Both the position numbers and the translations under genes were made by a program. 64,000 bases of DNA, from NCBI GenBank assembly GCA_963798845.1, contig CAWCUS010000001.1, positions 96,001 to 160,000 of the forward strand, read 5' to 3'. Below the pieces are notes generated by a model that did not search any database, was not told the DNA's origin, and saw only the letters and a program-made list of their open reading frames with translations. The stretch is from an uncultured Gemmatimonadales bacterium. GTDB lineage: Bacteria > Gemmatimonadota > Gemmatimonadetes > Longimicrobiales > RSA9. Shown here piece by piece: positions 18,796 to 29,165 of the stretch (positions within the stretch are counted from its first letter, which is position 1; every line of letters starts with the position of its first letter).

Positions 18796-18806
18796 CTTCA
18801 GGACAG

Positions 18807-19637
18807 CTACTCCTTCAAGCGTTGCACGACCTCGTACGCACGGTTCCGTGACATTCCGAGCCGCCGCGCCACCTCCCGCGCCACCACGCTCGGCCGCTCC
18901 CCTTCCCCCAGCAACGCCTGCGCCAATGCAGACGCCGCCTCCTCGTCCACCGCGGCCGATACACCGGTTCCGCCCCCCACGACCACCACAACCTCTCCGC
19001 GCACGCCGGACTCCCGATAGTGCGCGGCCACCTCGCCCAGGGGGCCGCGCCGGTGCTCTTCGTGGACTTTCGTCAGCTCCCGGGCGACGGAAACCCGCCG
19101 CTCCGATCCCAGCCGGTCCACCAGCTCCTCCAGCAGCTTCACCAGCCGGCCGGGGCTCTCGTACACCACCGCCGTGTGGCGCAGCATCTCCAGCTCGTCC
19201 AACCGCTCCCGCCGCTCGCGTCCGCTCCGCGGAAGAAAGCCGTAGAACGTGAACGGCTCCACCGGGAGCCCCGACGCCACCAGCGCCGCCAACACCGCCG
19301 ACGCCCCCGGCACCGGGACCAGGTCGTGACCCGCCTCGACCACCGCGCCCACCAGCCGCGCCCCCGGGTCGGACACCAGCGGTGTCCCCGCGTCCGAAAC
19401 CAGAGCCAGGCTCTCGCCTTCGGACAGCCAGCCCAGCACCTGGTGTGCCCGGGCCGCTTCATTGTGTTCGTGCAGAGAGACCAGCGGCGTGTCGATCCCG
19501 TGCTTTCTGCACAGGATCGCGGTGCGGCGGGTGTCCTCCGCCAGGATCCGGTCCACCGACCGCAGCACCTCCAGCGCGCGCAGTGTCGCATCGGAGAGGT
19601 TGCCGATCGGCGTGCTCACAATATAGAGGCGCGCCAT
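18807..19637 (-). CDS. rsmI: 16S rRNA (cytidine1402-2'-O)-methyltransferase
   Basis: LYIVSTPIGNL.D, EDTR, VSDAGTP..SDPG, YESP.R, RELTK.HEE. Confidence 0.96.
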   Translation of the reverse strand: MARLYIVSTPIGNLSDATLRALEVLRSVDRILAEDTRRTAILCRKHGIDTPLVSLHEHNEAARAHQVLGWLSEGESLALVSDAGTPLVSDPGARLVGAVVEAGHDLVPVPGASAVLAALVASGLPVEPFTFYGFLPRSGRERRERLDELEMLRHTAVVYESPGRLVKLLEELVDRLGSERRVSVARELTKVHEEHRRGPLGEVAAHYRESGVRGEVVVVVGGGTGVSAAVDEEAASALAQALLGEGERPSVVAREVARRLGMSRNRAYEVVQRLKE

Positions 19638-19791
19638 ATGTTTGTGGAACCCGGGCACGCCTCGCCCGGGTTCGTAGGGGTGGGGGTCTGGACTCCGGCC
19701 GGCCGCGCCGCCGCGCCGCCACAAACGGGAGCGGGGCAGGAGCGCTCGCCCCCACCCCGCCCTCTCCTGCGGTCCGCGCGCAGCCTGCCCG

Positions 19792-20130
19792 CTAGCTCAG
19801 GTGCTCCTGGATCTTCCGTTCCAGCATCGGCTTCGGGACGGCCCCCACCACGGTGTCCACGTGCTTGCCGTCCTTGAAGAAGAGAATGCTGGGGATGGAG
19901 CGGATGTTGAAGCGCATCGCGGTCTGCTGGTTGGAATCCACGTCCAGCTTGCCCACTTTCAGCTGGCCCTCGTATTCCTGCGCCAGCTGCTCCACCACGG
20001 GCGCCACCATCCGGCACGGTCCACACCAGGTGGCCCAGAAATCCACCATGGCGAGGCCCGCGCTGCCCTCGATCTCGGAGCCGAACGTGGAGTCATCCAC
20101 CACGACCAGCTTGCCGCCGTTTACAGCCAT
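19792..20130 (-). CDS. trxA: Thioredoxin
   Basis: VDFWATWCGPC, IRSIP; GGAGG before ATG 20130. Confidence 0.97.
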   Translation of the reverse strand: MAVNGGKLVVVDDSTFGSEIEGSAGLAMVDFWATWCGPCRMVAPVVEQLAQEYEGQLKVGKLDVDSNQQTAMRFNIRSIPSILFFKDGKHVDTVVGAVPKPMLERKIQEHLS

Positions 20131-20264
20131 CCGGCTACCTCCATTCATGCCTGCCGCGCGCTGCGCACGACCGGCTTCGTGTTCGCTCGAATCGGTCCAC
20201 CAGACCCGCAATATCCTGGCCGGTGGCCGCCGTGGCGGCCATCGGGAAAGGCGGGCGTGGACGG

Positions 20265-20729
20265 TCAATCCGGCCGGGACCCGGGCCCCGCGCCGGTGAT
20301 CTGCTCGACGTCGATCTTCTCGATGATCCACCCGCCATCGGCGCGCCGGACCACGAGGTGGGGGACGACGACCGTCCGGTCTCCCTTCTTCAACTGAACC
20401 AGCAGCTGAGTGGCGTCCTCCGAGCGTCCCGGTACCGTGCGGCGACCCAGGATGGTGAAATCGTCGTGGCGGAGGAGCGAAGCCAGCAGGTACATGCGGC
20501 GCTCCGCCCGCTCGCGCCCGTCCAGCTGGACGATCGTCTTCTCCCGCGTCCCGAACAGCTCGACCATGGTCGCGAGGTCGTTCGCGTTGGCCGCTTGCAG
20601 GAACCGCTCGACGACCAGGCCGGGACCGGGGGCTTCTCCCGCCGCCTGCACGGCTTGATGTCCTCCTCCACCACACGCGGACAGGGCCAGACCCACGGTG
20701 ACCAGCCCGATGACTCGCAGACGTCGCAT
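20265..20729 (-). CDS. Hypothetical lipoprotein (possible NTF2-like fold)
   Basis: ATG 20729 after AAGGAAG; lipobox LSA-C; VERFLQAANAND ... GWIIEKID pattern. Confidence 0.7.
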   Translation of the reverse strand: MRRLRVIGLVTVGLALSACGGGGHQAVQAAGEAPGPGLVVERFLQAANANDLATMVELFGTREKTIVQLDGRERAERRMYLLASLLRHDDFTILGRRTVPGRSEDATQLLVQLKKGDRTVVVPHLVVRRADGGWIIEKIDVEQITGAGPGSRPD

Positions 20730-20782
20730 CGCTTCCTTTCCCTCCCGGGGATCCCGGAACGTGATCGCGGATGGGGGCGGTG

Positions 20783-23407
20783 TCAAGCGACACCGCCCGC
20801 CGCTTCCGCCGCTGAGGGGACGACCTGGAAATCCAGCCGGTTCCCCTCCGGAGCCACGTCCACGCGGACGGTCGCGCCATCAGGGATATCCTCGTCCAGG
20901 ATCCGGATCGCGAGCGGGTTCTGCACCAGCCGTTGCACGGCGCGCTTGAGCGGCCTCGCTCCGAACGCGGGATCGTACCCGTCCCGCGCCACCAGCGCCT
21001 TGGCCGCGTCCGTGAGCTGCAGATCGATCCGCCGATCGGCCAGCAGGCGCTCGACGCGACGAAGCTGAAGCTCCACGATCCGTGACAGCTCCTCCTCGCC
21101 CAGTGGGCGGAAGACGATGACGTCGTCGACCCGGTTCAGGAACTCCGGTCTGAAGCTGCGCCGCAGCTCCGCCATGACGTGCGTTTCCGTGGCGCTCCAG
21201 TCCTCGCCCGAATGCTCCAGGATATAATGGCTTCCCAGGTTGGAGGTCATGATGATGACCACGTTGCGGAAGTCCACGGTACGGCCCTGGCTATCCGTCA
21301 GCCGTCCGTCGTCGAGGATCTGGAGCAGGATGTTGAACACGTCCGGATGCGCCTTCTCGATCTCGTCGAACAGGACCACGCTGTACGGCCGCCGCCGCAC
21401 CTGCTCGGTCAGCTGACCGCCCTCCTCGTACCCGACGTAGCCGGGTGGCGCCCCGATCAGGCGCGCCACGGCGTGCTTCTCCATGTACTCGGACATGTCG
21501 ATGCGGACCATGGCGTCCTCGTCGTCGAACAGGAACTCGGCAAGCGCGCGCGCCGTCTCGGTCTTCCCCACCCCGGTCGGCCCCAGGAAGATGAAGCTGC
21601 CGATGGGACGAGCCGGATCCTGGAGTCCCGCCCGGCTCCGTCGCACCGCGTCCGACACTGCACGAAGCGCGGGCGCCTGGCCCACGACGCGCGCACCCAG
21701 CAGGGTTTCCAGCTGGCGCAACCGCTGGCGCTCGGTCTCCAGCATCCGGCTCACCGGGATCCCCGTCCAGCGAGAGACCACTTCCGCGATGTCCTCCGCG
21801 TCCACCTCCTCCTTCAGGAACTGGGTCTCGGACTGGAGCTCCTCCAGTCGTGCCTCCGCCTCGGTCAGCTCCCGCTGCGTCTGCGGGATTTCGCCGTACT
21901 GGATTTCGGCGGCGCGGCTCAGGTCACCCGTTCGCGTCGCCCGCTCGACCTCCACCTTCAGCTCGTCGATCCGCTCCTTCAGGTCGCGAATGCGCGCGAT
22001 CCGCTCCTTCTCACTCTGCCACTGCGCCTTCATCCCGCTCGCTTCCTCGCGCAGCCCGGCCAGCTCGTGCTCGATCGCTTGCCGCCGCTGGATCGCTTCC
22101 GGGTCCTCCTCCGTTCTCATCGCCTCCTTCTCGATCTCCAGCTGCGTGATCCGCCGCTCCACCTCATCGATCTCCTGCGGCAGGCTGTCGATCTCGATCC
22201 GCAGCCGGCTCGCCGCTTCGTCCACGAGGTCGATTGCCTTGTCCGGCAGGAACCGGCCGCCGATATAGCGGTCGCTCAGCCGGGCCGCCGCGATCAGCGC
22301 CGCGTCCGTGATTCGCACCCCGTGGTGGACCTCGTAGCGCTCCTTCAGGCCACGCAGGATGGCGATGGCGTCCTCCACGCTCGGCTCGCCCACGTACACC
22401 GGCTGGAAGCGCCGCTCCAGCGCCGCGTCCTTCTCGATGTGCTTGCGATACTCGTCCAGCGTCGTAGCGCCCACCACGTGCAGCTCGCCCCGCGCCAGCG
22501 GCGGCTTGATCATGTTGCCGGCATCCACCGCCCCCTCCGCCGCCCCCGCCCCGACCAGCGTGTGGAGCTCGTCGATGAACACCACGAACCGACCCTGCCC
22601 TTCCGTCAGCTCCTTCAGCACCGCCTTGAACCGCTCCTCGAATTCACCACGGTATTTCGCCCCGGCCACGATCGCGCTGATGTCCAGCTGGAGCAGCGCC
22701 TTCTCCTTCAGGCTCTCAGGCACGTCACCACTGACCATGCGCTGCGCGAGCCCCTCGACGATCGCCGTCTTCCCGACGCCCGGCTCCCCGATCAGCACCG
22801 GGTTGTTCTTCGTGCGGCGGCTCAGCACCTGAACCACTCGCCGGATCTCCTCGTCCCGCCCGATCACCGGGTCCAGCTTCCCCTGCCTCGCCAGCGCCGT
22901 GAGGTCGCGGCTGAACCGCTCCAGGGCACGGTACTTCTGCTCCGGCTCCTGGGTCGTCACCCGGTGCGGCCCTCGCACCGCCTCCAGCGCCTGCAGGAGC
23001 GCGCCGTGTGTCGCGCCCTCACCCTCCAGCAGCTCCTTCGACGTGCTCCCCTTCTGACCCGCCAGTGCCAGCAGAAGATGCTCCGTCGAGACGTATTCGT
23101 CGCCCAGCGACCGCGCTTCATCTTCGGCCCGGTCCAGGATCTGGTTCAGCTCACGGCTCAGCGTCGGACGCACGCCCCCGGTCTGCTTCGGCAGCCGCTC
23201 CAGCGCCGACGCCACCCGCTCCCGCACCCGCGCCACGTTCAGCTCCACCTTGTGGAGGATCGGTACCACTACCGTCTCCTCCTGCTCCAGCAGCGCGTGC
23301 AGCAGATGCAGATCTTCCAGGCTGGGGTTGCCCCGCCGCTGCGCATCCGCCGATGCGGCCTGGATGGCCTCGCCCGCCTTGATGGTCAGCCTCTCTGAAT
23401 TCAGCAT
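20783..23407 (-). CDS. clpB: ATP-dependent chaperone ClpB
   Basis: Start ATG 23407; two AAA+ modules ([16 protein letters not shown]), KYRG pore loop, long coiled-coil middle domain, GARPLKR. Confidence 0.97.
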   Translation of the reverse strand: MLNSERLTIKAGEAIQAASADAQRRGNPSLEDLHLLHALLEQEETVVVPILHKVELNVARVRERVASALERLPKQTGGVRPTLSRELNQILDRAEDEARSLGDEYVSTEHLLLALAGQKGSTSKELLEGEGATHGALLQALEAVRGPHRVTTQEPEQKYRALERFSRDLTALARQGKLDPVIGRDEEIRRVVQVLSRRTKNNPVLIGEPGVGKTAIVEGLAQRMVSGDVPESLKEKALLQLDISAIVAGAKYRGEFEERFKAVLKELTEGQGRFVVFIDELHTLVGAGAAEGAVDAGNMIKPPLARGELHVVGATTLDEYRKHIEKDAALERRFQPVYVGEPSVEDAIAILRGLKERYEVHHGVRITDAALIAAARLSDRYIGGRFLPDKAIDLVDEAASRLRIEIDSLPQEIDEVERRITQLEIEKEAMRTEEDPEAIQRRQAIEHELAGLREEASGMKAQWQSEKERIARIRDLKERIDELKVEVERATRTGDLSRAAEIQYGEIPQTQRELTEAEARLEELQSETQFLKEEVDAEDIAEVVSRWTGIPVSRMLETERQRLRQLETLLGARVVGQAPALRAVSDAVRRSRAGLQDPARPIGSFIFLGPTGVGKTETARALAEFLFDDEDAMVRIDMSEYMEKHAVARLIGAPPGYVGYEEGGQLTEQVRRRPYSVVLFDEIEKAHPDVFNILLQILDDGRLTDSQGRTVDFRNVVIIMTSNLGSHYILEHSGEDWSATETHVMAELRRSFRPEFLNRVDDVIVFRPLGEEELSRIVELQLRRVERLLADRRIDLQLTDAAKALVARDGYDPAFGARPLKRAVQRLVQNPLAIRILDEDIPDGATVRVDVAPEGNRLDFQVVPSAAEAAGGVA

Positions 23408-23626
23408 TCGATCCCCGCGTGCGACCGCGACATGCCCGGCCGCGCGATCGAGATCCCCTCGTCGCCCCGCCGGTGCTCCCGCAGGGTCCGGGTACACAAC
23501 CCGTGCCGCCTGCCGCTGCCGATTCGGCAGCCGGGGGATCCGCCCGCCCGGCTGTTGCGGACCGCCGCACCGGGTATCTTGTGGGGGTGGCAAACCGCGG
23601 CACGGGGATGGAGCCAGGTGACATCG

Positions 23627-24421
23627 ATGCGGGAACGTGACACGGCGGGCGGGCGTCTGCCCACGCGGGCACTGGCGGCAGGCGTGGTCCTGGCGATCCT
23701 GTCGGCGGCGGCGTGCGGCCATGGTCCGGCCGAGCAGGACGACGCGCTCACGGCGCCGGAATTCGTCGACATCGTAGTCGCGCTGAGGAAGGCCGAGCGC
23801 GGCCTGCAGCCCGCCGACAGCACGGCGCCGGAGTTCGAAGAGCGGAAGCAGGCGGTCCTGGCCGCACACCACGCGACGGAGAGCGACGTGCGCGCGTTCG
23901 TTGATGCGCACGGCGGTGACTTCGAGCTGATGACCGCGGTCTGGGACTCGATCACGCAGCGCCTCCGCTACGTCCCGCCCGACTCCTCGGAGGCCGCCGG
24001 GCCGGTCACGGCACCCGACAGCGGCCGGGCCACGGCGCCCGATAGCGGCCGGGCCACGGCGCCCGACAGCGGCCGGGCCACGGCGCCCGACAGCGGCCGG
24101 GCCACCGCGCCGGCTCGCGGCCGGGCCACTCCGCCCGACAGCGGCGGGGCCACCGCGCCGGCTCGCGGCCGGGTCCAGGCGCCGGACAGCGGTCCCGTCG
24201 CCGCCCTGGACACCGGCTCGGTCTCCGTGCGGGACAGCGGAGCGGGTACGGACGTTGCACAGCACGGGGTTTCGGACCGCAATCCACCGCCCGACCGAGG
24301 GAAGGACCGTGCTGGAACACAAGGACGGGAGCTGCACGGGGAACTGGCGGCTGACCGGGAGCGGCGAGAGCCGGATGATCACCTGCGACCGGTGTGGCGC
24401 GGGCTTCCGCCCCACGCCTGA
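23627..24421 (+). CDS. Hypothetical lipoprotein with tandem-repeat C-terminal linker
   Basis: Lipobox AAA-C; about 85-aa helical domain (reminiscent of DUF4296); octapeptide repeats ATAPDSGR. The 3' end is uncertain because it overlaps the next gene. Confidence 0.7.
   Translation: MRERDTAGGRLPTRALAAGVVLAILSAAACGHGPAEQDDALTAPEFVDIVVALRKAERGLQPADSTAPEFEERKQAVLAAHHATESDVRAFVDAHGGDFELMTAVWDSITQRLRYVPPDSSEAAGPVTAPDSGRATAPDSGRATAPDSGRATAPDSGRATAPARGRATPPDSGGATAPARGRVQAPDSGPVAALDTGSVSVRDSGAGTDVAQHGVSDRNPPPDRGKDRAGTQGRELHGELAADRERREPDDHLRPVWRGLPPHA
24007..24198 (+). repeat. 24-bp coding tandem repeat, about 8 units
   Basis: Consensus CACGGCGCCCGACAGCGGCCGGGC at 24007, 24031, 24055, 24079; variant units at 24103, 24127, 24151, 24175; decays to about 24246. 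Confidence 0.95.
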
Positions 24422-24521
24422 GAATCGACTCGCCGCGATCGACGAGAACTACGCGGGGATCTACCTCCGGCGGCTCACCGCCGAGGGTGCGGCGGAGGGC
24501 GGCGACCGGGACGTCGCCTAG
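24309..24521 (+). CDS. Small (70 aa) putative zinc-ribbon protein
   Basis: GAGGGAAGGA before GTG 24309; nearly all codons end in G/C; H-x4-C...C-x2-C. Confidence 0.7.
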   Translation: MLEHKDGSCTGNWRLTGSGESRMITCDRCGAGFRPTPENRLAAIDENYAGIYLRRLTAEGAAEGGDRDVA

Positions 24522-24557
24522 CGAGCCCCGTCCGCCGCGGCCCGCGCGGCGCTCCCC

Positions 24558-26108
24558 TCACTCCCACTCGATCGTGGAGGGAGGCTTGGAGCTGACGTCG
24601 TACGTCACCCGGTTCACGCCGGCCACCTCGTTGATGATCCGGTTCGAGATCCGCCCCAGCGCCTCGGGCGGAAAGGGGAACCAGTCGGCCGTCATCCCGT
24701 CGCGACTGGTCACCGCTCTCAAGGCGATCACGTTGTCGTAGGTCCGGAAGTCGCCCATCACGCCCACGCTGCGCACCGGCAGCAGCACGGCGAACGCCTG
24801 CCAGATGTCGTCATACAGCTCGGCGGCCCGGATCTCCTCGAGGAAGATGGCGTCCGCCTCGCGCAAGACGGCCAGCCGCTCCCGGGTGATCTCGCCCAGG
24901 ACGCGCACGGCCAGCCCGGGGCCAGGGAACGGGTGCCGACCCACCAGCTCTTCGGGGAGCCCCAGCTCCCGCCCAACGTTGCGGACCTCGTCCTTGAACA
25001 GCTCCCGCAACGGCTCGATGAGCTCGAACTTCATGTCCTTCGGCAACCCGCCCACGTTGTGGTGCGTCTTGATGACCGCCGAGGGCCCGCGCACCGACTG
25101 CGACTCGATCACGTCCGGGTAGAGTGTGCCCTGCACCAGGTACGCGGCGCCGCGCCCCAGCTCCTCCGCCGCCTTTTCGAAGACGCGGATGAAGCGCTCC
25201 CCGATGATCCGACGCTTTTCTTCCGGATCCGTCACGCCCTCGAGACGGCTCAGGAACTCGTCGGAAGCTTCCACCACCTCGAGCCGGATGCCCAGGTGGC
25301 GACGGAACGTGCGCTCCACCCCCTCTCGCTCCGCCTTCCGCAGGAGTCCGGTGTCCACGAAGATCGCCGTCAGCTGGTCTCCGATGGCGCGGTGCACCAG
25401 CGCCGCGGCGACGGACGAGTCGACTCCGCCCGATAGGCCGCAGATGACCTGGCCTTCGCCCACCAGCTCCCGTATCCGCGCGACGTGCGTGTCGATGAAG
25501 GAACCAGGCGTCCAGTCCGGCTCGCACCCGCAGATCTGGAAGAGGAAGTTCGACAGGATCTCGTCGCCCCGCGGAGTGTGCGCCACTTCCGGGTGGAACT
25601 GAACGCCGAGCAGCCGGCCGGATGCGGAGCGGAACGCCGCCACCGGCAGCGACCCGGTGGTGCCGGTGGTCTGGTACCCGGGAGGCGCCTCGTCCACGTG
25701 GTCGCCGTGGCTCATCCAGACCGTGATCCCCTCCCCCGCCTCGAAGCCGTGGAACAGCCCGGCGGCCTCCACCACCCGCATCTCCGCGCGCCCGTATTCG
25801 CGGCGGCCGGGTTGCACCCGCCCTCCGTTGGCCTGCGCGACGAGCTGCATGCCGTAGCAGATTCCGAGCACGGGGACATCCAGATCGAGCACGCCCCGGT
25901 CGAGCCCGGGCCCCTCGGTGTCGTACACCGATGCGGGTCCGCCCGAGAGGATGATCCCGCGCGGCCTCCAGGCTCGGATATCGCCGAGGGGCAGGGTGGG
26001 CGGATGGATCTCGCAGTACACCCGCTCCTCGCGGATGCGTCGGGCGATCAGCTGCGTGAACTGCGAGCCGTAGTCCAGGATCAGGATGCGGTTCTCTGTT
26101 CCGTTCAT
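24558..26108 (-). CDS. guaA: GMP synthase (glutamine-hydrolysing)
   Basis: [43 protein letters not shown]. Confidence 0.98.
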   Translation of the reverse strand: MNGTENRILILDYGSQFTQLIARRIREERVYCEIHPPTLPLGDIRAWRPRGIILSGGPASVYDTEGPGLDRGVLDLDVPVLGICYGMQLVAQANGGRVQPGRREYGRAEMRVVEAAGLFHGFEAGEGITVWMSHGDHVDEAPPGYQTTGTTGSLPVAAFRSASGRLLGVQFHPEVAHTPRGDEILSNFLFQICGCEPDWTPGSFIDTHVARIRELVGEGQVICGLSGGVDSSVAAALVHRAIGDQLTAIFVDTGLLRKAEREGVERTFRRHLGIRLEVVEASDEFLSRLEGVTDPEEKRRIIGERFIRVFEKAAEELGRGAAYLVQGTLYPDVIESQSVRGPSAVIKTHHNVGGLPKDMKFELIEPLRELFKDEVRNVGRELGLPEELVGRHPFPGPGLAVRVLGEITRERLAVLREADAIFLEEIRAAELYDDIWQAFAVLLPVRSVGVMGDFRTYDNVIALRAVTSRDGMTADWFPFPPEALGRISNRIINEVAGVNRVTYDVSSKPPSTIEWE

Positions 26109-27367
26109 TCGATCAGGAGGTCCTCCTCCCCTGCGATGAGGTCGTGGTAGCTCTCCCTCGCCCGGATCAGCCGGGCTGCCCCGCCATCCACCAGCACTTC
26201 GGCCGGGCGCGGACGCGCGTTGTACGTCGAGGCCATGGAGAATCCGTACGCCCCGACGGTGTGGATCGCCAGCACCTCGCCCGGCTCCGGGACCGGCATC
26301 GCCCGATCCAGGGCGAGGAAGTCGCCTGATTCGCAGATCGGACCGACCACGTCCACCCGCGCTTCCGGCCGCTCCAGCTGCGTGTCCACCCGCTGCACGC
26401 GATGGTAGCTCGAGTAGTGACTGGGCCGGAGCAGGTCGTTCATGCCCGCGTCGGTGACGACGAACGTCTTCCCCGCGCCCTGCTTGATGTAAAGCACCCG
26501 CGTCAGCAGCACACCCGCGTGCCCGATCACGTAGCGGCCGGGCTCGAGGACAAGGCGCAGCCCGCTCGTGGCCAGGTGCGGAACGATACGCTCTGCGAAC
26601 TCCTCGGGATCCGGATCCTGCTCCTGGTCATAGGCGACGCCGAAGCCGCCTCCGAGATCGAGCAGCCGCAACCGGATCCCCTCACGACCGAGGCCGTCCA
26701 CCAGCTCGAGCAGGTGGAGCAGCGACTGGCGGTACGGCTCCGGGTCCAGGATCTGGCTCCCGATGTGGGCGTCGATGCCCACGGGATCGAGCCAGGGCAG
26801 CCCCGCCGCCACGCGGTACAGGCCGAGCGCTTCCTGCGCCGGAACGCCGAATTTCGTGCTCCTGTGACCTGTTCGGGTGTATGCGTGCGGCGTCGGGCTT
26901 TCAATGTCCGGGTTGATGCGCAGCGCCACGGGGGCGACCTGCCCGGTCACCTCCGCCACTTCCGCCAGTGCGCGGAGCTCGCCCTCGCTCTCCACGTTGA
27001 AGCAGAGGATCCCGGCTTCGAGGGCGGCAGCGAGCTCCGTACGCGTCTTGCCCACTCCGCTGAACACGATCCGGTCCGGCCGGATCCCGGCTCGTAGGGC
27101 ACGGTGCAGCTCGCCACCGCTGACGATGTCGGCGCCGCACCCCGCGCGACCGAGAAGTCGCAGGATGGAGAGGTTGTCGTTGGCCTTGACGCTGTACGCG
27201 ACCAGATGGTCCAGCGGCCGGAACGCCGCTCCCAGAGCGCCCAGCCGGTCGAGCATGCTGCGGCGGCTGTACACGTAGAGCGGGGTGCCGTGCTCGGCCG
27301 CGAGGTCGTCGAGCGGAACCTCCTCGCAGTGGAGCCTGTGATCCCGGTACACGAAGTTCCCGGGCAC
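26105..27367 (-). CDS. lysA: Diaminopimelate decarboxylase
   Basis: [46 protein letters not shown]. Confidence 0.97.
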   Translation of the reverse strand: MPGNFVYRDHRLHCEEVPLDDLAAEHGTPLYVYSRRSMLDRLGALGAAFRPLDHLVAYSVKANDNLSILRLLGRAGCGADIVSGGELHRALRAGIRPDRIVFSGVGKTRTELAAALEAGILCFNVESEGELRALAEVAEVTGQVAPVALRINPDIESPTPHAYTRTGHRSTKFGVPAQEALGLYRVAAGLPWLDPVGIDAHIGSQILDPEPYRQSLLHLLELVDGLGREGIRLRLLDLGGGFGVAYDQEQDPDPEEFAERIVPHLATSGLRLVLEPGRYVIGHAGVLLTRVLYIKQGAGKTFVVTDAGMNDLLRPSHYSSYHRVQRVDTQLERPEARVDVVGPICESGDFLALDRAMPVPEPGEVLAIHTVGAYGFSMASTYNARPRPAEVLVDGGAARLIRARESYHDLIAGEEDLLIE

Positions 27368-27375
27368 GTCCGGCG

Positions 27376-28875
27376 TCAGTAGGCCCGCGCCCAGACGACC
27401 TCGTGCTTCGCTTCACCACCGCACACGAGGCATCGCTCCGGCGGGCTCTCCGACCGGTACTCCTCCCCGGGCAGCACGCGGATCGTGGCCTTGGTCTCGT
27501 TCTTCACCTTTGCTTCACACTCCTGCGAGCCGCACCACCCGGCGAAGAAGAACCCGCCCTCCGCTTCCAGCTGGGCGCGGAAGGCGTCGTAGTCGCTGAC
27601 CTGGTGCGACGCCGCGCGGAGTCGGGCGCGGGCCAGCTCCAGCATGCTCCGCTGGATCTCGTCCAGCCGCTCCGGAATCAGCCGGATCGCCGCTTCCTCG
27701 GCCAGGAACTCTTTCCGGTCCTCCCCTTCCGCCGTGACGCGCCGAACCAGAACGACCTGCTGCTTCGCCACGTCACGCGGCCCGATCTCCACGCGCAGCG
27801 GGACGCCCTTCCGCTCCCACTCGTAGTACTTGGCGCCCGGCGACAGGTTGTCGCGCAGGTCAACGTGCACGCGCACACCGCGGGTGCGCAGAGCGCCCGC
27901 GACCTGCTCCGCCTTGACCATGACGAGGGTGCGCTGCTCATCGCTCTTCCAGATGGGCGTGATCACGACCTGGTGCGGCGCGAGCCGGGGTGGGAGGACC
28001 ACGCCGGCGTCGTCGCCGTGCGTCATCACCAGGCCACCCACGAGACGCGTGCTCACGCCCCAGGACGTGTTCCAAGCGTATTCCCAGTCCCCGCTCTCGG
28101 CCTGGAACTTCAGGTCGAACTGCCGGGAAAAGTTCTGCCCCAGCATGTGGCTCGTGCCCGCCTGGAGCGCCCTGTTGTCCTGCATCAGCGCTTCCAGGCC
28201 GTACGTGTAGTCCGCCCCCGGGAACTTCTCCGACTCCGTCTTCCTCCCCGTGATCACCGGCATTGCCATCCAGTCCTCCATGAAGGACCGGTACACGCCC
28301 AGGATCGTGCGCGCCTCGTGCTCGGCTTCCGCGCGGGTGGCGTGGGCGGTGTGTCCCTCCTGCCACAGGAACTCGGACGTGCGCAGGAACAGCCGCGTGC
28401 GCATCTCCCAGCGCACCACGTTGGCCCACTGGTTCACCAGGATCGGCAGGTCGCGATAGCTCTGCACCCAGCGGGAGTATGCGTCGTAGATGATCGTCTC
28501 CGACGTCGGCCGCACCACGAGCGGCTCCTCCAGCTTCGACTCCGGGTCGGGGACCAGCCCCCCTTTCCCGTCCGAGATCAGGCGCGTGTGTGTGACCAGC
28601 GCCATCTCCTTGGCGAAGCCCTCCACGTGCTTCGCCTCCCGTGCGATGAAACTGAGCGGGATGAGCAGCGGGAAATACGCGTTCTGGTGCCCGGTCTCCT
28701 TGAACTTGTCGTCCAGGGCGCGCTGCATGTTCTCCCACAGGGTGTAGCCCCACGGGCGGATCACCATGCTCCCGCGCACGGGCGAGTAGTCCGCCAGCTC
28801 CGCGCGGAGAACCACCTCGTTGTACCAGCTCGAGAAATCCTTCGCCCTCGGCGTCAGCCCCTTGTCGTCAGCCAT
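27376..28875 (-). CDS. proS: Proline--tRNA ligase (archaeal/eukaryote-like type)
   Basis: HVEGFAKE, RPTSET, QWANVVRWE, FLRTSEFLWQEGHT, QAGTSH, SWGVSTR; C-terminal RAY; no editing insert. Confidence 0.97.
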   Translation of the reverse strand: MADDKGLTPRAKDFSSWYNEVVLRAELADYSPVRGSMVIRPWGYTLWENMQRALDDKFKETGHQNAYFPLLIPLSFIAREAKHVEGFAKEMALVTHTRLISDGKGGLVPDPESKLEEPLVVRPTSETIIYDAYSRWVQSYRDLPILVNQWANVVRWEMRTRLFLRTSEFLWQEGHTAHATRAEAEHEARTILGVYRSFMEDWMAMPVITGRKTESEKFPGADYTYGLEALMQDNRALQAGTSHMLGQNFSRQFDLKFQAESGDWEYAWNTSWGVSTRLVGGLVMTHGDDAGVVLPPRLAPHQVVITPIWKSDEQRTLVMVKAEQVAGALRTRGVRVHVDLRDNLSPGAKYYEWERKGVPLRVEIGPRDVAKQQVVLVRRVTAEGEDRKEFLAEEAAIRLIPERLDEIQRSMLELARARLRAASHQVSDYDAFRAQLEAEGGFFFAGWCGSQECEAKVKNETKATIRVLPGEEYRSESPPERCLVCGGEAKHEVVWARAY

Positions 28876-28922
28876 GACCACCCATCATCTCGTCCGTTCC
28901 TCGCTCCCCGCACGTGAACCGG

Positions 28923-29165
28923 CTACTCGTCGTCGCGATCCCGCTTCGGCAGCAGGTGCACCAGCATTGGCACCAGCACCAGGAGCGCGCTCAGCGTCAG
29001 CCAGGTCCGCACGAACGGGAGTCCCGCCCCTGTGAGGACCCAGGCGACGAGCGCGCCGCCGCCCACCGCGGCTACCGCCACGCCCGTCCAGATCCCGGCC
29101 AGGATCCAGTCCAGCCGACGGAGGAGCCGGCGCCGGTGCCGGTCGTGCTCGTCTCCGGCGTTCAT
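28923..29165 (-). CDS. Small hypothetical membrane protein (80 aa, 2 TM)
   Basis: ATG 29165 overlaps the hisS stop (ATGA); basic N-terminus followed by two hydrophobic segments. Confidence 0.75.
   Translation of the reverse strand: MNAGDEHDRHRRRLLRRLDWILAGIWTGVAVAAVGGGALVAWVLTGAGLPFVRTWLTLSALLVLVPMLVHLLPKRDRDDE

Noticed and set aside
24007..24198. Possible CRISPR array
   Set aside because: Units are head-to-tail with no unique spacers, are in frame within a CDS, and there are no cas genes.
23408..24415. N-terminal extension of the 1210-aa ClpB ORF with repeats
   Set aside because: Antisense to the lipoprotein and its VNTR; ClpB starts at MLNSERLT (23407).
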